NCBI GenBank assembly: GCA_965248355.1
Contig: OZ252098.1
Span: forward strand, 4,960,001 to 5,024,000
DNA: 64,000 nucleotides
From: Candidatus Latescibacterota bacterium
Lineage (GTDB): Bacteria > Latescibacterota > UBA2968 > UBA8231
Reading direction: 5' to 3'
The position numbers and the translations under genes were made by a program. The stretch's first letter is position 1, and every line of letters starts with the position of its first letter. The notes under the pieces are model-generated. The model did no database searches and had not been told where the DNA came from. It was given only the letters and a program-made list of their open reading frames with translations. Positions 1-9,436 of this stretch are shown piece by piece.

Positions 1-527
1 CAGGGCACGTGGTACTCCACCGCCCAGGTCGTCGGTCCGGTGATCTCCGGATCGACGATCCTCGGCTGGGTGTGGGCCATGGCGATGGTGGCGCCGTCCT
101 CTTCCGAGACCTCCACCGTGGCGCCGCCGGCCTTCTCGGCGGTGGAGGCGCAGCGGTGCAGGAGCATGGTGCCGCCGCAGTTGACCTCGAAGTTGAAGTA
201 GGCGTCGGCGGCCGGGTCGGCGGCGGGGGCGACGAAGAACTCGACGCAGCTGTCGTGGCAGACGGAGTCGTTGAACCCCTGCGCCACGGCGCGGACGTAG
301 TGGTCGTCGACGACGAAGAGCACCGCGAGCCAGCCGTCGTCCCAGAGGAGGCGGGCCCTCGTGCGGGGGCGGTGGCCGGAGTCCTCCCAGGCGTAGTGGA
401 CGACCTCCAGCTCGTCGGCCGCCGACCACAGGGCCCGGCCGGCCTCGGCCGAGGGATCGCCCAGGGCCGCGGGGGCCCGCCGGATCGCATAGGGTCCGGG
501 ACCTCCCTCGCTGCCGGCGCCGGTCAC
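1..527 (-). CDS. Carbohydrate-binding family 9-like (DOMON) protein, 3' end outside window
   Basis: Not in ORF track. Manual translation gives GFNDSVCHDSCVEFFV, YFNFEVNCGGTMLL and TWAVEYHVP. GTG start overlaps the upstream TGA (GTGA, 524-527). Confidence 0.7.
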   Translation of the reverse strand, partial: MTGAGSEGGPGPYAIRRAPAALGDPSAEAGRALWSAADELEVVHYAWEDSGHRPRTRARLLWDDGWLAVLFVVDDHYVRAVAQGFNDSVCHDSCVEFFVAPAADPAADAYFNFEVNCGGTMLLHRCASTAEKAGGATVEVSEEDGATIAMAHTQPRIVDPEITGPTTWAVEYHVP

Positions 528-1276
528 AGCTTGCCCTCCGCTTTCCACCGGGCGTACAGCTCCTGCCGGTAGCGCGCCGCCCGCTCGTCGTCGACGCTGG
601 CCGACTCGGCGTAGTAGACGAAGCCGAGGGCCGAGCGCCCGCGGTCGGAGGTGTTGGCGTCGGCGCGGTGGATCACCATGCAGTGGTGGGCGAAGAGATC
701 CCCCGGCCGGGCGTGGATCGCCGCCTCGAGGGCGCGGTCCTCGTCGCCGTAGTCGGGCAGCCCCAGGGAGAACCCCACGACGTCCGAGGGCTGGTGGGGG
801 CGCATGCCGGCGCGGTGGGAGCCGCGCACGTAGCGCATGCACCCGTTCTCCTCGTCCATGTGATCGAGGGCGAGCCACAGGGTGATGGCGTGGTTGGGCT
901 CCAGCATGAAGTAGAAGCCGTCCTGGTGGGGCGGCGTCACGGCGCCGGCCCGGGCCGGCTTGTTGAACCACTGCAGGTTGCGGACCACGGCGCCCTCGCC
1001 CAGCAGCTCGGCGGCGAGCCCCTGGAACCGGTCGGAGCGGCACAGCTCGTCGAACCAGGGGTCGAGGGCGGCCATGTTCTGCAGCCGCTTGATCGTCGAC
1101 GGGTCGGCCGGGTCCTCGTAGAAGGCCGTGCTCTCCGGCGCCACGGGGAGCACCTCGTCGACGAAGCGCTTGATGTTGGCGTCCACCTCGGCCGCCTCCT
1201 CCGGGGACAGGTAGCCGTGGAGCAGGACGAAGCCGTCGCGGTCGAAGTCGGCCTTGGCGCCGGCGGTGTCGGTCAT
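524..1276 (-). CDS. Phytanoyl-CoA dioxygenase (PhyH) family Fe(II)/2OG dioxygenase
   Basis: C-terminal part of ORF 524..2872, starting MTDTAGAKADFDRDGFV; motifs PPHQDGFY, WLALD-ENGCM and IHRADAN. Confidence 0.88.
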   Translation of the reverse strand: MTDTAGAKADFDRDGFVLLHGYLSPEEAAEVDANIKRFVDEVLPVAPESTAFYEDPADPSTIKRLQNMAALDPWFDELCRSDRFQGLAAELLGEGAVVRNLQWFNKPARAGAVTPPHQDGFYFMLEPNHAITLWLALDHMDEENGCMRYVRGSHRAGMRPHQPSDVVGFSLGLPDYGDEDRALEAAIHARPGDLFAHHCMVIHRADANTSDRGRSALGFVYYAESASVDDERAARYRQELYARWKAEGKL

Positions 1277-1278
1277 CT

Positions 1279-2046
1279 TCACCTCCCTTTGAGTCCAAGC
1301 AGGTTCGCCGCGTTGCGGAAGGCGACGCGGTCGCGCACCCTCTTCCCCCGGTCGAGGAGCTCCAGCTTCAGCAGGGCCGGATCCGGGACCTTGAAGACCA
1401 TGCCGGTGCCGAAGGCGAGCTTGTCGTGGCCGCCGCGGTCGAGGAAGGCCTGCATGGTCCGCTGCAGCACCGCCGCCATGCGCGAGATGTCGGCCACGTA
1501 CCGAGCCTCCGGGAAGCTCTCCACCGGCAGGCCCAGGGCGTTCAGGAACATCCACTTCACCTTCGGCCGCGCCTCCAGAGCGAGGCGGAACTCGTCGCCG
1601 GAGAGGTCCCGCGCCCGGTCCCAGGGGTGCCGGGTGCGCCGGTCCTCGACCCGCTGCGGCACCTGCACGACGAAGCCGCGCTCGCTGGCCGCGTCGATCA
1701 GCTCGAGGGCCGCCGGGTCGGTGAGCCGGTACTCGTGGTACTGGGGATAGAGCCGCAGGCCCACCATGCCCAGCTCCTCGGCGCAGCGGCGCAGGTCCTC
1801 GCGCCAGCCCGGGTATCCCGGGTTGAGGGTGGCCACCGGCAGCAGGCGGTCCCGGTGGCGGCGCACCTGCGCGGCGAGGTCCTCGTTGGCGGCGTGGCTG
1901 TTGCGGTAGAGGGCGGCGCTCACGTCGGCCACCACGGCCGTGTCGATGCCCTTGCGGTCCATCCGCCGCAGCAGCCCTCCGGCGGTGGCCCTGGAGAGCC
2001 GGCGGAAGGGCCAGTGGCCGATCCAGGTGTTGATGTCGATGAGCAC
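1279..2046 (-). CDS. Amidohydrolase_2 family protein (degenerate metal site)
   Basis: IDINTWIG in place of DxHxH, plus GLRLYP and LAFGT; paired with the neighbouring amidohydrolase. Confidence 0.75.
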   Translation of the reverse strand: MLIDINTWIGHWPFRRLSRATAGGLLRRMDRKGIDTAVVADVSAALYRNSHAANEDLAAQVRRHRDRLLPVATLNPGYPGWREDLRRCAEELGMVGLRLYPQYHEYRLTDPAALELIDAASERGFVVQVPQRVEDRRTRHPWDRARDLSGDEFRLALEARPKVKWMFLNALGLPVESFPEARYVADISRMAAVLQRTMQAFLDRGGHDKLAFGTGMVFKVPDPALLKLELLDRGKRVRDRVAFRNAANLLGLKGR

Positions 2047-2049
2047 GCC

Positions 2050-2820
2050 TCAGCCTCTCCGGCGCCGGTCGAGCATCCCCTGGAAGTTCCTCCAGAAGAG
2101 CCTCTCCTTCTGGGCCTGGGTAAGCTCGGCGCCGAGGACCTTGCCCACGCCCCCTTCCATGGTCATGTCGGTGGCGAACAGGATGCGCCCGGCCCCAAGC
2201 TCGCGGACGCAGGCCTCGACCATGCCCTCGTCGATGATCGATCCCGAGGTGTCGAGGTAGACGGAGGGGGCGTCGCGCAGCTGCTTGAGCGCCCACTCCC
2301 AGTCGCCGCCGCCGCCGATGTGGGCCTCGATGAGCATGCACTCCGGGTAGGCGTGCGCGGCCTCGACGAAGTGGCCGGCGTCGGAGATGTTGGGCTGCTG
2401 GTCGAGGAAGTCGCGCGTGGTGGGACGTCCGGCGTGCTCGAGGACGGGCACGCCCTCCTCGATGGCCTTCTCCAGGACGGGGAAGACCACGGGATCGCAG
2501 ATCCGGTACTGGTTGTAGAGCTTGACCCCGGACATCCCCGCGTCGAGACAGCGGTCGATCTCGTCGAGGGACTCCCGGTGGCCGGGAACGACGAAGCAGT
2601 ACCCGAAGAGGCGGCCCTCGTAGCGCCCCATGGCCTCGAGGACGGCGTCGTTGCACTCCCGCACGCGGGCGAAGTCCGGCATGCCCCGGGTGACGGGGAT
2701 GCTGACGTAGAGTTCGTCGATGCCGAGGGCGTCGGCGGCCTCGATGATGCGGTCGTCGTGGTCCCAGCCCCAGCCGACGCCGGCGCCGTTCACGTGCATG
2801 TGGCAGTCGATCTTGCGCAT
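2050..2820 (-). CDS. Amidohydrolase_2 family protein
   Basis: IDCHMH, GVKL, VLEH, AHIGG and LFATD motifs. Confidence 0.85.
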   Translation of the reverse strand: MRKIDCHMHVNGAGVGWGWDHDDRIIEAADALGIDELYVSIPVTRGMPDFARVRECNDAVLEAMGRYEGRLFGYCFVVPGHRESLDEIDRCLDAGMSGVKLYNQYRICDPVVFPVLEKAIEEGVPVLEHAGRPTTRDFLDQQPNISDAGHFVEAAHAYPECMLIEAHIGGGGDWEWALKQLRDAPSVYLDTSGSIIDEGMVEACVRELGAGRILFATDMTMEGGVGKVLGAELTQAQKERLFWRNFQGMLDRRRRG

Positions 2821-3019
2821 CTGTGGAGGGCGTCTGTCGGGGTGGGATGCCGCGGACGTTCGGGCTAATCAAGCGCCCGCCGCGCGCCGGGGAAAGGGCG
2901 CGGAATCCCTCCCGAACTCGCCCCGCGGGAGCCGGGGCCGCTACTTTCTCCGCCCCTCACCTGCCCGGCCGGGACCGCCCTGCGCCCCGGCCGCTCACCG
3001 GCACAAGGAGACCACCGCC

Positions 3020-3784
3020 ATGGACGATGTCTTTCTCGACGCCAGCGGACAACCGCGGAGGGTCCGCGGCGTCACCGTGAACAGCGGCTCGCCGGTGCTC
3101 GTGCGCCTGGCGGCGCAGATCGGCTGGGAGGCAATCTGGATCGAGATGGAGCACGGCCCCTCGGGGTTCGAGCGGGTCGAGGCCCTGTGCACGGCCGCGG
3201 AGGCCGGGGGCACCCTGCCGCTGGTGCGCCTGCCGGACGGCGAGCGGCACCACGTGCTGCGGGCCCTGGAGTCGGGGGCGCGCATCGTGGTGGTCCCCAT
3301 GGTCGACGACGCCGCCCACGCCCGCCGGGTCGTGGAGTACGGCAAGTACTCCCCCGTGGGGGCCCGCGGCTTCAACACCCGCACGCCGGGCATGGGCTTC
3401 GGCCTCACCGACCCGGTGCAGGCCATGGCGAAGGCCAACGAGGCCTCGCACCTGTTCACCCAGATCGAGACGGTCCGGGCGGTGGAGAACGTGGACGAGA
3501 TCCTGGCCGTGGAGGGCCTCTCCGGGATCTTCCTGGGGCCGGGGGACCTGTCCGTGAACCTCGGCGTCACCGGACAGATGACGGACCCCCGCCTGCGCGG
3601 GATGGTCCTGTCCTGCATCGAGAAGGCGAAGGCGGCGGGCCGCCACTGCGGCATCTTCACGCTCCCGGGACCGCTGCTCGAGGCGGCCATGGAGGCCGGC
3701 TGCGACCTGGTCGTCTGCGGCGGCGACGTGATGGACCTGGCCCGGGCGTGGACCCGGCTGCTGGAGGGGATCCCCGGCCGCTAG
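3020..3784 (+). CDS. HpcH/HpaI (2-keto-3-deoxy-sugar acid) aldolase family
   Basis: WIEMEHG, QIET and FLGPGDLS motifs; AAGGAG RBS before ATG at 3020. Confidence 0.88.
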   Translation: MDDVFLDASGQPRRVRGVTVNSGSPVLVRLAAQIGWEAIWIEMEHGPSGFERVEALCTAAEAGGTLPLVRLPDGERHHVLRALESGARIVVVPMVDDAAHARRVVEYGKYSPVGARGFNTRTPGMGFGLTDPVQAMAKANEASHLFTQIETVRAVENVDEILAVEGLSGIFLGPGDLSVNLGVTGQMTDPRLRGMVLSCIEKAKAAGRHCGIFTLPGPLLEAAMEAGCDLVVCGGDVMDLARAWTRLLEGIPGR

Positions 3785-3816
3785 GGCTCGCTCGAGCCGC
3801 GGGCATCGCCCGCCAG

Positions 3817-5007
3817 TCAGCCAGGAGCCTCCGCCCGCGTACGGAACGTCACCCGCACGAACTTCCCGCCTTCGTCCTGCGCCAGCTCCGGCTCGGTGCC
3901 GTTGAATTCCCGCATCCCTTTCCGCATGACCGGCCATCCCCGTCCCCGCTGCTCCGTCAGCCGGGCGACGAGGACGGCGTTCGCCATCAACTCGTTTCGC
4001 GACCTGGGGTTTCCGCCGGAGCGGACATTCTCGACCCTCATATGGTTGGGGAGGGTGCCGGGGCTGGTCACGTCGATGCGGTTCGCGAATACCTCGAGCA
4101 GGACCCTTGCCCCGGTAATCGCGTAGTCGCGGTGGACGACGGCGTTGACGATGGCCTCGCGCAACGCCTTCTCGGGGACCAGCGGCCTGTCCTCTCGTTC
4201 GAGGCCGTGGTAACGCTCGGTCCATCCCAGCCCCCGGACCCATCCCGCGGCCCGGCGGACCTGCTCGTCGAGTCGTCCTTTCCCTTCTCCGGCGAGAATG
4301 ACCTCCGAGGCCCGGTCCTCACCGGAATAGGCGATGCACTGGACGAAGAAACTCGTGGTCTGGGGGTGCGCCTGGGGCTCCTTGCCGAAGGCCATCAATC
4401 CGTAGAGCGTGGGGCGCAAGGCCCCGTCGAACTCGGCGAGAATGCGTCTGTTTCGCAGATCGTCGGCGAAGGCCGGCTGTGGTTCCTCCTCCGTATCGAG
4501 GCCCTGCGCGCGCAGGAAGGACCGGAAGGCTCCGGCGTCGATGTCCTCCATGCTCGCAGCGGGGATGACCTGCTCTTCCGTCAGAACGAAGCCGAATGTG
4601 TTGTACAGCTCCTGAAGCTCGGTCGGCGACGGCTCGACGCTGCTGCGTTGGCGCCGGATCCAGACGCGCCCTCGATGGTGAAGCGGCTCGAACCCCCGCT
4701 GGCGGGGAACCTCGATCCAGTGCACCCATCCGTTGGCGTGGTTGTGCCGCCCGCAGCGTGCGGGAACCGGGACGCTGCATCCCGAATGCAGGAAGCCGGT
4801 CAGCCGTTCCAGTGCTGAATCCGGATCCTCTCTCACCCCGACGATGGCACCGCCGTCGTCGACCCCGAGGATGATCAGCCCGCCTTCGGCGTTGGCGAAG
4901 GCGCAGATCGCCCGGCCGATTCCGGAAAGCTCGGCGAGGTCGCGCTTGAATTCGGTCTTCCCGTCCTCACCTGCCTCGATGCGCCTCGCGATGTCGCGCC
5001 ATTCCAT
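3817..5007 (-). CDS. AlbA_2 (Schlafen-like) + HATPase_c_4 domain protein
   Basis: GEDGKTEFK, AFANAEGG, ALREAIVNAVVHRDY, SPG, SRN and EQRGRG motifs; start MEWRDIA at 5007. Confidence 0.85.
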   Translation of the reverse strand: MEWRDIARRIEAGEDGKTEFKRDLAELSGIGRAICAFANAEGGLIILGVDDGGAIVGVREDPDSALERLTGFLHSGCSVPVPARCGRHNHANGWVHWIEVPRQRGFEPLHHRGRVWIRRQRSSVEPSPTELQELYNTFGFVLTEEQVIPAASMEDIDAGAFRSFLRAQGLDTEEEPQPAFADDLRNRRILAEFDGALRPTLYGLMAFGKEPQAHPQTTSFFVQCIAYSGEDRASEVILAGEGKGRLDEQVRRAAGWVRGLGWTERYHGLEREDRPLVPEKALREAIVNAVVHRDYAITGARVLLEVFANRIDVTSPGTLPNHMRVENVRSGGNPRSRNELMANAVLVARLTEQRGRGWPVMRKGMREFNGTEPELAQDEGGKFVRVTFRTRAEAPG

Positions 5008-5039
5008 GGGAACTCTCTGCTTCCCGGGGCAGGCTCCTC

Positions 5040-5798
5040 CTACAGCCGCACCGGCAGCCCCTCCAGCATGCCGCTCTTGTGCATGTCGACCCACTCGTCC
5101 ATGAAGGTCTTGTTCCACTGGTCGGTGAGGGGGTGCTCCATCATGTCGCGGTAGACCGTCCACATGGTGACCAGCTCGTCGCAGCCGTCGCGGAAGGCGG
5201 CGTACGCGGTATCGACGGAGCGGATCAGCGCCGCCTGGATGAAGGGGCGCTGCTCCCAGCCGCCGAACATCTTCACGCACTCGCGGATCAGCTTGGTGGG
5301 GTCCCCTCCGACCGCTTTCACCGGATCGCAGAACGGCAGGATGTGGTTGGCGCCCGCCTGGGCCACGGCCGCGGCCTGGGTCAGGGAGAAGCAGGTGGTG
5401 CAGTAGGTCTCCACCCCCTCCTCGCGGAAGGCGGCGAAGGCCTTGAGGCCGATCACGGTGCAGGGGATCTTGAGGATCACCTGGTCCGACATCTCCGTGA
5501 AGACGCGGCCCACGTCGAGCAGCTCCTCGACGCTGTGGCCGTCGATCTCGACGACCACCGGCTTGTCGGTGATGTCGAGGTAGGCGCGGACGACGTCGGT
5601 CACGGGGCCGTAGATTTTCACCATCTGGTTGAGCACCACCGTGTTGGTGACGATGCCGGCGATGCCGAGGGGCATCCACTCGGCCAGGTCCTTCGGGTCG
5701 CCGGCCAGCCAGATCAGCGGGCCCCGGCCCGTGCGCCGGGCCCGTGTCACCGGCCCCTCTGCCTCGGGGGTCTGCTGCGTCTCTCTGTCCTTTGCCAT
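5040..5798 (-). CDS. Transaldolase / fructose-6-phosphate aldolase family protein
   Basis: GIVTN, ILKIPCT (Schiff-base Lys), TCFSLTQA and AALIRS motifs. Confidence 0.8.
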   Translation of the reverse strand: MAKDRETQQTPEAEGPVTRARRTGRGPLIWLAGDPKDLAEWMPLGIAGIVTNTVVLNQMVKIYGPVTDVVRAYLDITDKPVVVEIDGHSVEELLDVGRVFTEMSDQVILKIPCTVIGLKAFAAFREEGVETYCTTCFSLTQAAAVAQAGANHILPFCDPVKAVGGDPTKLIRECVKMFGGWEQRPFIQAALIRSVDTAYAAFRDGCDELVTMWTVYRDMMEHPLTDQWNKTFMDEWVDMHKSGMLEGLPVRL

Positions 5799-5965
5799 GA
5801 TCGTCTCTCTCCCATCCGCCGGGCAGGCGGGCTATCCTCCGTCCGGGCGTAGCCTAGAGGCGCCGACGGGCAGCCCATCCAAGCATACATCATCCACGGT
5901 CACCCTCGGACGCCAGCGGGGCAGCGCCTCCTGGGACTACCGGACCCCCGGGGAATGGAGGACCC

Positions 5966-6217
5966 CTACTTCTTTCGGTTGGGCCGCTGCGTCAGTGCGG
6001 AGCCCGAGGAAGTCTTCGCGGTCTTGCTCGAGCCACTACTTCGAAGGGTCTTTGAGGCTGCCGACGCGGCTCGGTTCGAGGTTACCTTGGTCGTCTTCCG
6101 CTGTGACAGGGCGGAGCCGGCCGCAGACTTCTCCGACTTGCTGGACTTGCTGTCTCTCAGAACCCGTGAAGCTGCGGATGCCGCGCTCTTGCTCGTCTTC
6201 TCAGTTCTCTTGGCCAT
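5966..6217 (-). CDS. Small Ser/Lys-rich basic protein made of two ~39-aa repeats
   Basis: 83-aa ORF with repeats TSKSAASAASRVLR..GSALSQR and TSNRAASAASKTLR..GSALTQR; GGAGG RBS upstream; start overlaps the end of the reconstructed upstream gene. Confidence 0.75.
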   Translation of the reverse strand: MAKRTEKTSKSAASAASRVLRDSKSSKSEKSAAGSALSQRKTTKVTSNRAASAASKTLRSSGSSKTAKTSSGSALTQRPNRKK

Positions 6218-6718
6218 CTTCTACTGCCTCCATCTCATGTCGGAACTGCTTGGCGATCTCGACAGGGGAAGTGTCACTCAGCACAAAGAACGTAACCAGC
6301 ACCAGCAAAGCGGCAAAAAGCAGGGCGCTTGCGAATCCTCCTGCCAGATTCACACCAAACTGAGGCCAGAAGCGCTTTAGCTCTTTGATCTCTCTTTGAT
6401 CTCATCGACGACTATGCCTTGCTCGATCTCCCGTCGCTGTTCCTCGATGAGCAGCTCGTTTACCTCCTCGGAGTACGCCTGCAGGGTGGCCTCGGCCGTT
6501 CCCTTGGCGCGAAGCAAAACGCTCGGGGGCTGCTGTTCATACCAATCTCTAACCTTGTCCGGGCCGGGTAGCTCTCCATGGGTCTGCTCGAAATGGCGCA
6601 TCCACTCGATTCTCTGTTCCTCGATGATGGCGAAGGCAGTCAAGCCATACAGCCAGCTTTCCTCTGACTCTTCGACCAGTTCCCTGTAGATCTCTTCCGA
6701 GCCGGAATATGGGGGCAA
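6201..6718 (-). pseudogene. Hypothetical protein with C-terminal transmembrane helix, frameshifted by an 11-bp tandem duplication
   Basis: ctctttgatct occurs twice (6381-6391, 6392-6402). Removing one copy gives a 168-aa ORF ending EIKELKRFWPQFGVNLAGGFASALLFAALLVLVTFFVL..GQEN*. TTG start at 6718 follows GAGGAGG. Confidence 0.75.
6381..6402. repeat. 11-bp direct tandem duplication (ctctttgatct x2)
   Basis: Read directly from the sequence. Confidence 0.95.
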
Positions 6719-6850
6719 TGGATAGTCCTCCTCTCCCTGAATGGTCGCTTGCGCGACCTGCAAATGGGAAGGGAACCAACTCCTGGAACCGGGTCAAGAC
6801 AGAATGTGTGAGGGGTGGAGACCAGAAGGGCTCTTTGAATCCCCTCCCCC

Positions 6851-9397
6851 TCACGGCACCTCCAGCTCGTCGGGGCCGCGGACGATCTCCGCCCCTGGAT
6901 GCTTCTCGGCCAGGCGGGCCCCGAGCTCCTCCTGGGCCGCGGGCTCCCCGTGCACCAGGGCGATGTGCCGGGGCCGCAGCCGCCCCGCGTAGCTCACGAG
7001 TCCGGGCTGATCGGCGTGCGAGGAGAGGCCCACCTCCCGGGCCGGCAGGGCCGCCCGGATCTCGACGGTCTCGCCCGCCCCGTCGGAGAGCCGCACCTTG
7101 CGGGCGAGCCCGGAGGAGGACAGCTCGCGCAGGGCCCGGCTCGGGGCGCCCTCGTCCTGGTAGCCCGTCAGGACGATGCGGTGCCGGGGGTCGGGGAGCA
7201 GCCGCCGGGCGTACTCGATGACCGGCCCGCCTGTGAGCATCCCCGAGGTGGTCACGATGACGGAGGGAACCGTCCGCGCCGTCTCCGCGACCTCCTGCCG
7301 GTCGAAGGGGCCGGAGACCTCGCGGAAGGTCTCGGCGAGGCGGAAATCCGCGTGCTCTTCATAGATCGGGTTGATCTCCCGGATCATGCCGTCGAAGTGG
7401 ACGGGCAGGGAAGCCGGGAGCTCACCCTGGCTCTGGGCCGTGGAGATGAGCTTCAGCAGCTCCTGGGCGCGGCCGAGGGCGAAGGAGGCCAGGATCACCG
7501 AGCCGTTGCGCGTCCGGGTCGTCTCCTGGAGGAAGGCGACCAGTTCGCCGCGGACCTCCTCCATGGGCCGGTGCCGCCGGTTCCCGTAGGTGGACTCCAT
7601 GACCAGCAGGTCGACCTCGCCGAGGTCCTCGGGCCAGGAGGCGGCGGGCGTCGTGAGCTGGGGGAAGGAGGAGAAGTCGCCGGAGAAGAAGACCCTGCGT
7701 CCCCGGCCGTCCTCGATGAGGATGCTCGCGGCGCCGAGGATGTGGCCCGCGGGGAAGAACCGGATGGAGATGTCGTCGAAGGGCAGCCTTACCTCCTCGT
7801 CGAACCCGGAGGCGCATGCCAGGTGGGGGATCAGGTCCACGTCCTCCTGATCGTAGGCGTCCCGGGGCCCCTCGGCCTCGGCTCCGTACTGCGCGTTGTC
7901 GCGGCGCTGCCGCATCTTGTGGAGGTAGTGCTGCCGGCAATCCTGCAGCTGCACGGGAAGCAGCGCCGCCGTGCCGCTGGAGCAGTAGATGCCGAGGCCG
8001 TCGCCGAACCTGCGGACCAGCGCCGGGACCCAGCCGATGTGATCGGTGTGCGCGTGGGTCAGCAGGAGGGCGTCGATGCGGTCGAGGTCCCCGAAGCCGG
8101 GATGCAGGTCGCGCGAGGTGCTCGGCTTGATGCCGCAGTCGACGAGGATGCGGCGGCCCCCGAGCTCCAGGAGGTAGCAGCTCCGGCCGATCTCCGACGA
8201 GCCGCCGAGGGCGACGAGCCGCAGGGGCGGCTTCGGCCGCCGGAGCGCCACCGGACGCCGCCTGCGGTACCGGGGATAGGCCTCGAGGAAGGCCTCCTCG
8301 AGACGGAGGTGGGTGGTCCACTCCCCTTCCGCCCGCTGGCGCTCCGCCCCGGCGCGGTCCCCCCGGATGCGTTCCTTCTCCCGGCGCAGGAACCGCCACA
8401 CGGCATCGGCGCCCCTCGGACGGCTTGCGGCCTCTTGCTCCAGGCGCTTGACCCGGGTGTTCTCGTTGGCCAGACGGGAGGCGAGCCGGCTCCGCTCCTG
8501 GTCCTTCCGGTGGACCTCCTCCTGAAGCCGCCGCCGGTCCTGGAGCAGGTCGGTGTTCACTCTCTCGGTCTGAGCCGCCTTGAGCTCGTGATCCTCCATG
8601 TCGGAGTGGATCTCGCAAAGGCGGTTCTGGAGGCGATCGACGTCGGCCGCGGCGGCCTCGGCCTGCTCGCGGGACGTCCGCTGCTCCCCCCGGGTCTTCT
8701 CCAGCGCCAGCTCTGTCCGGCGCAAGGAGGCCCTGAGCCTGCCGGCCTCTTCCCCGGCTTCCTTCAGCTGTCTCTGCAGCTTGCGGCACTCGGCACTCAG
8801 CTCCTTCAGCGATTTCCGTTGCGCGCCGGTGCCCGGGGCCGCGGACGGGTCCGGGTCGGGGGAAGCGCCGTTGGCGGCGAGAGGCACGAGACAACGGAAC
8901 AACTCCTCCGCGTGGGGGGCCTGGAACCGCGACGCCCAGAGGACGGCCGTCAGGTTGTAGACCCCTTCCCGGTCCTTGAGAAGCTCGCTCAGCCGCTGGC
9001 CCCGCAGCAGGCTTCCATCCGAGAGCAGCCCGGACAACTCCTCGTACTCGCCGAGGATCGCCTCGCGGACGGTGACGACCAGATCGTGGTCCGGATGGGA
9101 CCAGAGGACCTCGTGCACCTCGCCGCTGACGCTCTGGAGGACCTGCCGCCGCATCCGACGGTAGCGCCTCAGGGGGGGCGGCAGGTGATGGCAATGCACG
9201 TTGGAGCACACCTTCCCGTGGTAGTCGAACAGCTCGATCGCGGCCTTGACCGGCAGGGCGAGGACGCTCTCGGGGACGGTGGCGGGACCCAGGGGGCCGT
9301 CGGGGACATCCCCTCCGTGAAGGGCCCGGAGGAGGGCCAGGGCGGGGGCCAGGTCCGGCGCCTGGCTGGACCCGGGGTTCGTGGAGTCGTCTGACAT
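6851..9397 (-). CDS. MBL-fold beta-CASP nuclease (CPSF73/Ysh1-like) with ~390-aa N-terminal extension including a long coiled coil
   Basis: Intact motifs LVDCG, THAHTDH, AGHILG, FSGD, MESTYG, SSHAD and LVHGE; E/R/Q/L-rich helical region at about aa 190-370. Confidence 0.88.
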   Translation of the reverse strand: MSDDSTNPGSSQAPDLAPALALLRALHGGDVPDGPLGPATVPESVLALPVKAAIELFDYHGKVCSNVHCHHLPPPLRRYRRMRRQVLQSVSGEVHEVLWSHPDHDLVVTVREAILGEYEELSGLLSDGSLLRGQRLSELLKDREGVYNLTAVLWASRFQAPHAEELFRCLVPLAANGASPDPDPSAAPGTGAQRKSLKELSAECRKLQRQLKEAGEEAGRLRASLRRTELALEKTRGEQRTSREQAEAAAADVDRLQNRLCEIHSDMEDHELKAAQTERVNTDLLQDRRRLQEEVHRKDQERSRLASRLANENTRVKRLEQEAASRPRGADAVWRFLRREKERIRGDRAGAERQRAEGEWTTHLRLEEAFLEAYPRYRRRRPVALRRPKPPLRLVALGGSSEIGRSCYLLELGGRRILVDCGIKPSTSRDLHPGFGDLDRIDALLLTHAHTDHIGWVPALVRRFGDGLGIYCSSGTAALLPVQLQDCRQHYLHKMRQRRDNAQYGAEAEGPRDAYDQEDVDLIPHLACASGFDEEVRLPFDDISIRFFPAGHILGAASILIEDGRGRRVFFSGDFSSFPQLTTPAASWPEDLGEVDLLVMESTYGNRRHRPMEEVRGELVAFLQETTRTRNGSVILASFALGRAQELLKLISTAQSQGELPASLPVHFDGMIREINPIYEEHADFRLAETFREVSGPFDRQEVAETARTVPSVIVTTSGMLTGGPVIEYARRLLPDPRHRIVLTGYQDEGAPSRALRELSSSGLARKVRLSDGAGETVEIRAALPAREVGLSSHADQPGLVSYAGRLRPRHIALVHGEPAAQEELGARLAEKHPGAEIVRGPDELEVP

Positions 9398-9420
9398 GAA
9401 GGCGCTGTAGGTTGGCGTAA

Positions 9421-9436
9421 ACTGTTGAGAAACAGT
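9421..9436. promoter_or_regulatory. Candidate operator palindrome ACTGTT-gaga-AACAGT upstream of the beta-CASP gene
   Basis: Perfect 6-bp inverted repeat in an AT-rich intergenic tract, just downstream of a minus-strand TTGCGC-N17-TAAGAT promoter-like element. Confidence 0.4.

Noticed and set aside
9422..9435. E. coli-type SOS box upstream of the beta-CASP gene
   Set aside because: Spacing is CTGT-N6-ACAG rather than N8, and it does not match the motif in the lexA promoter.
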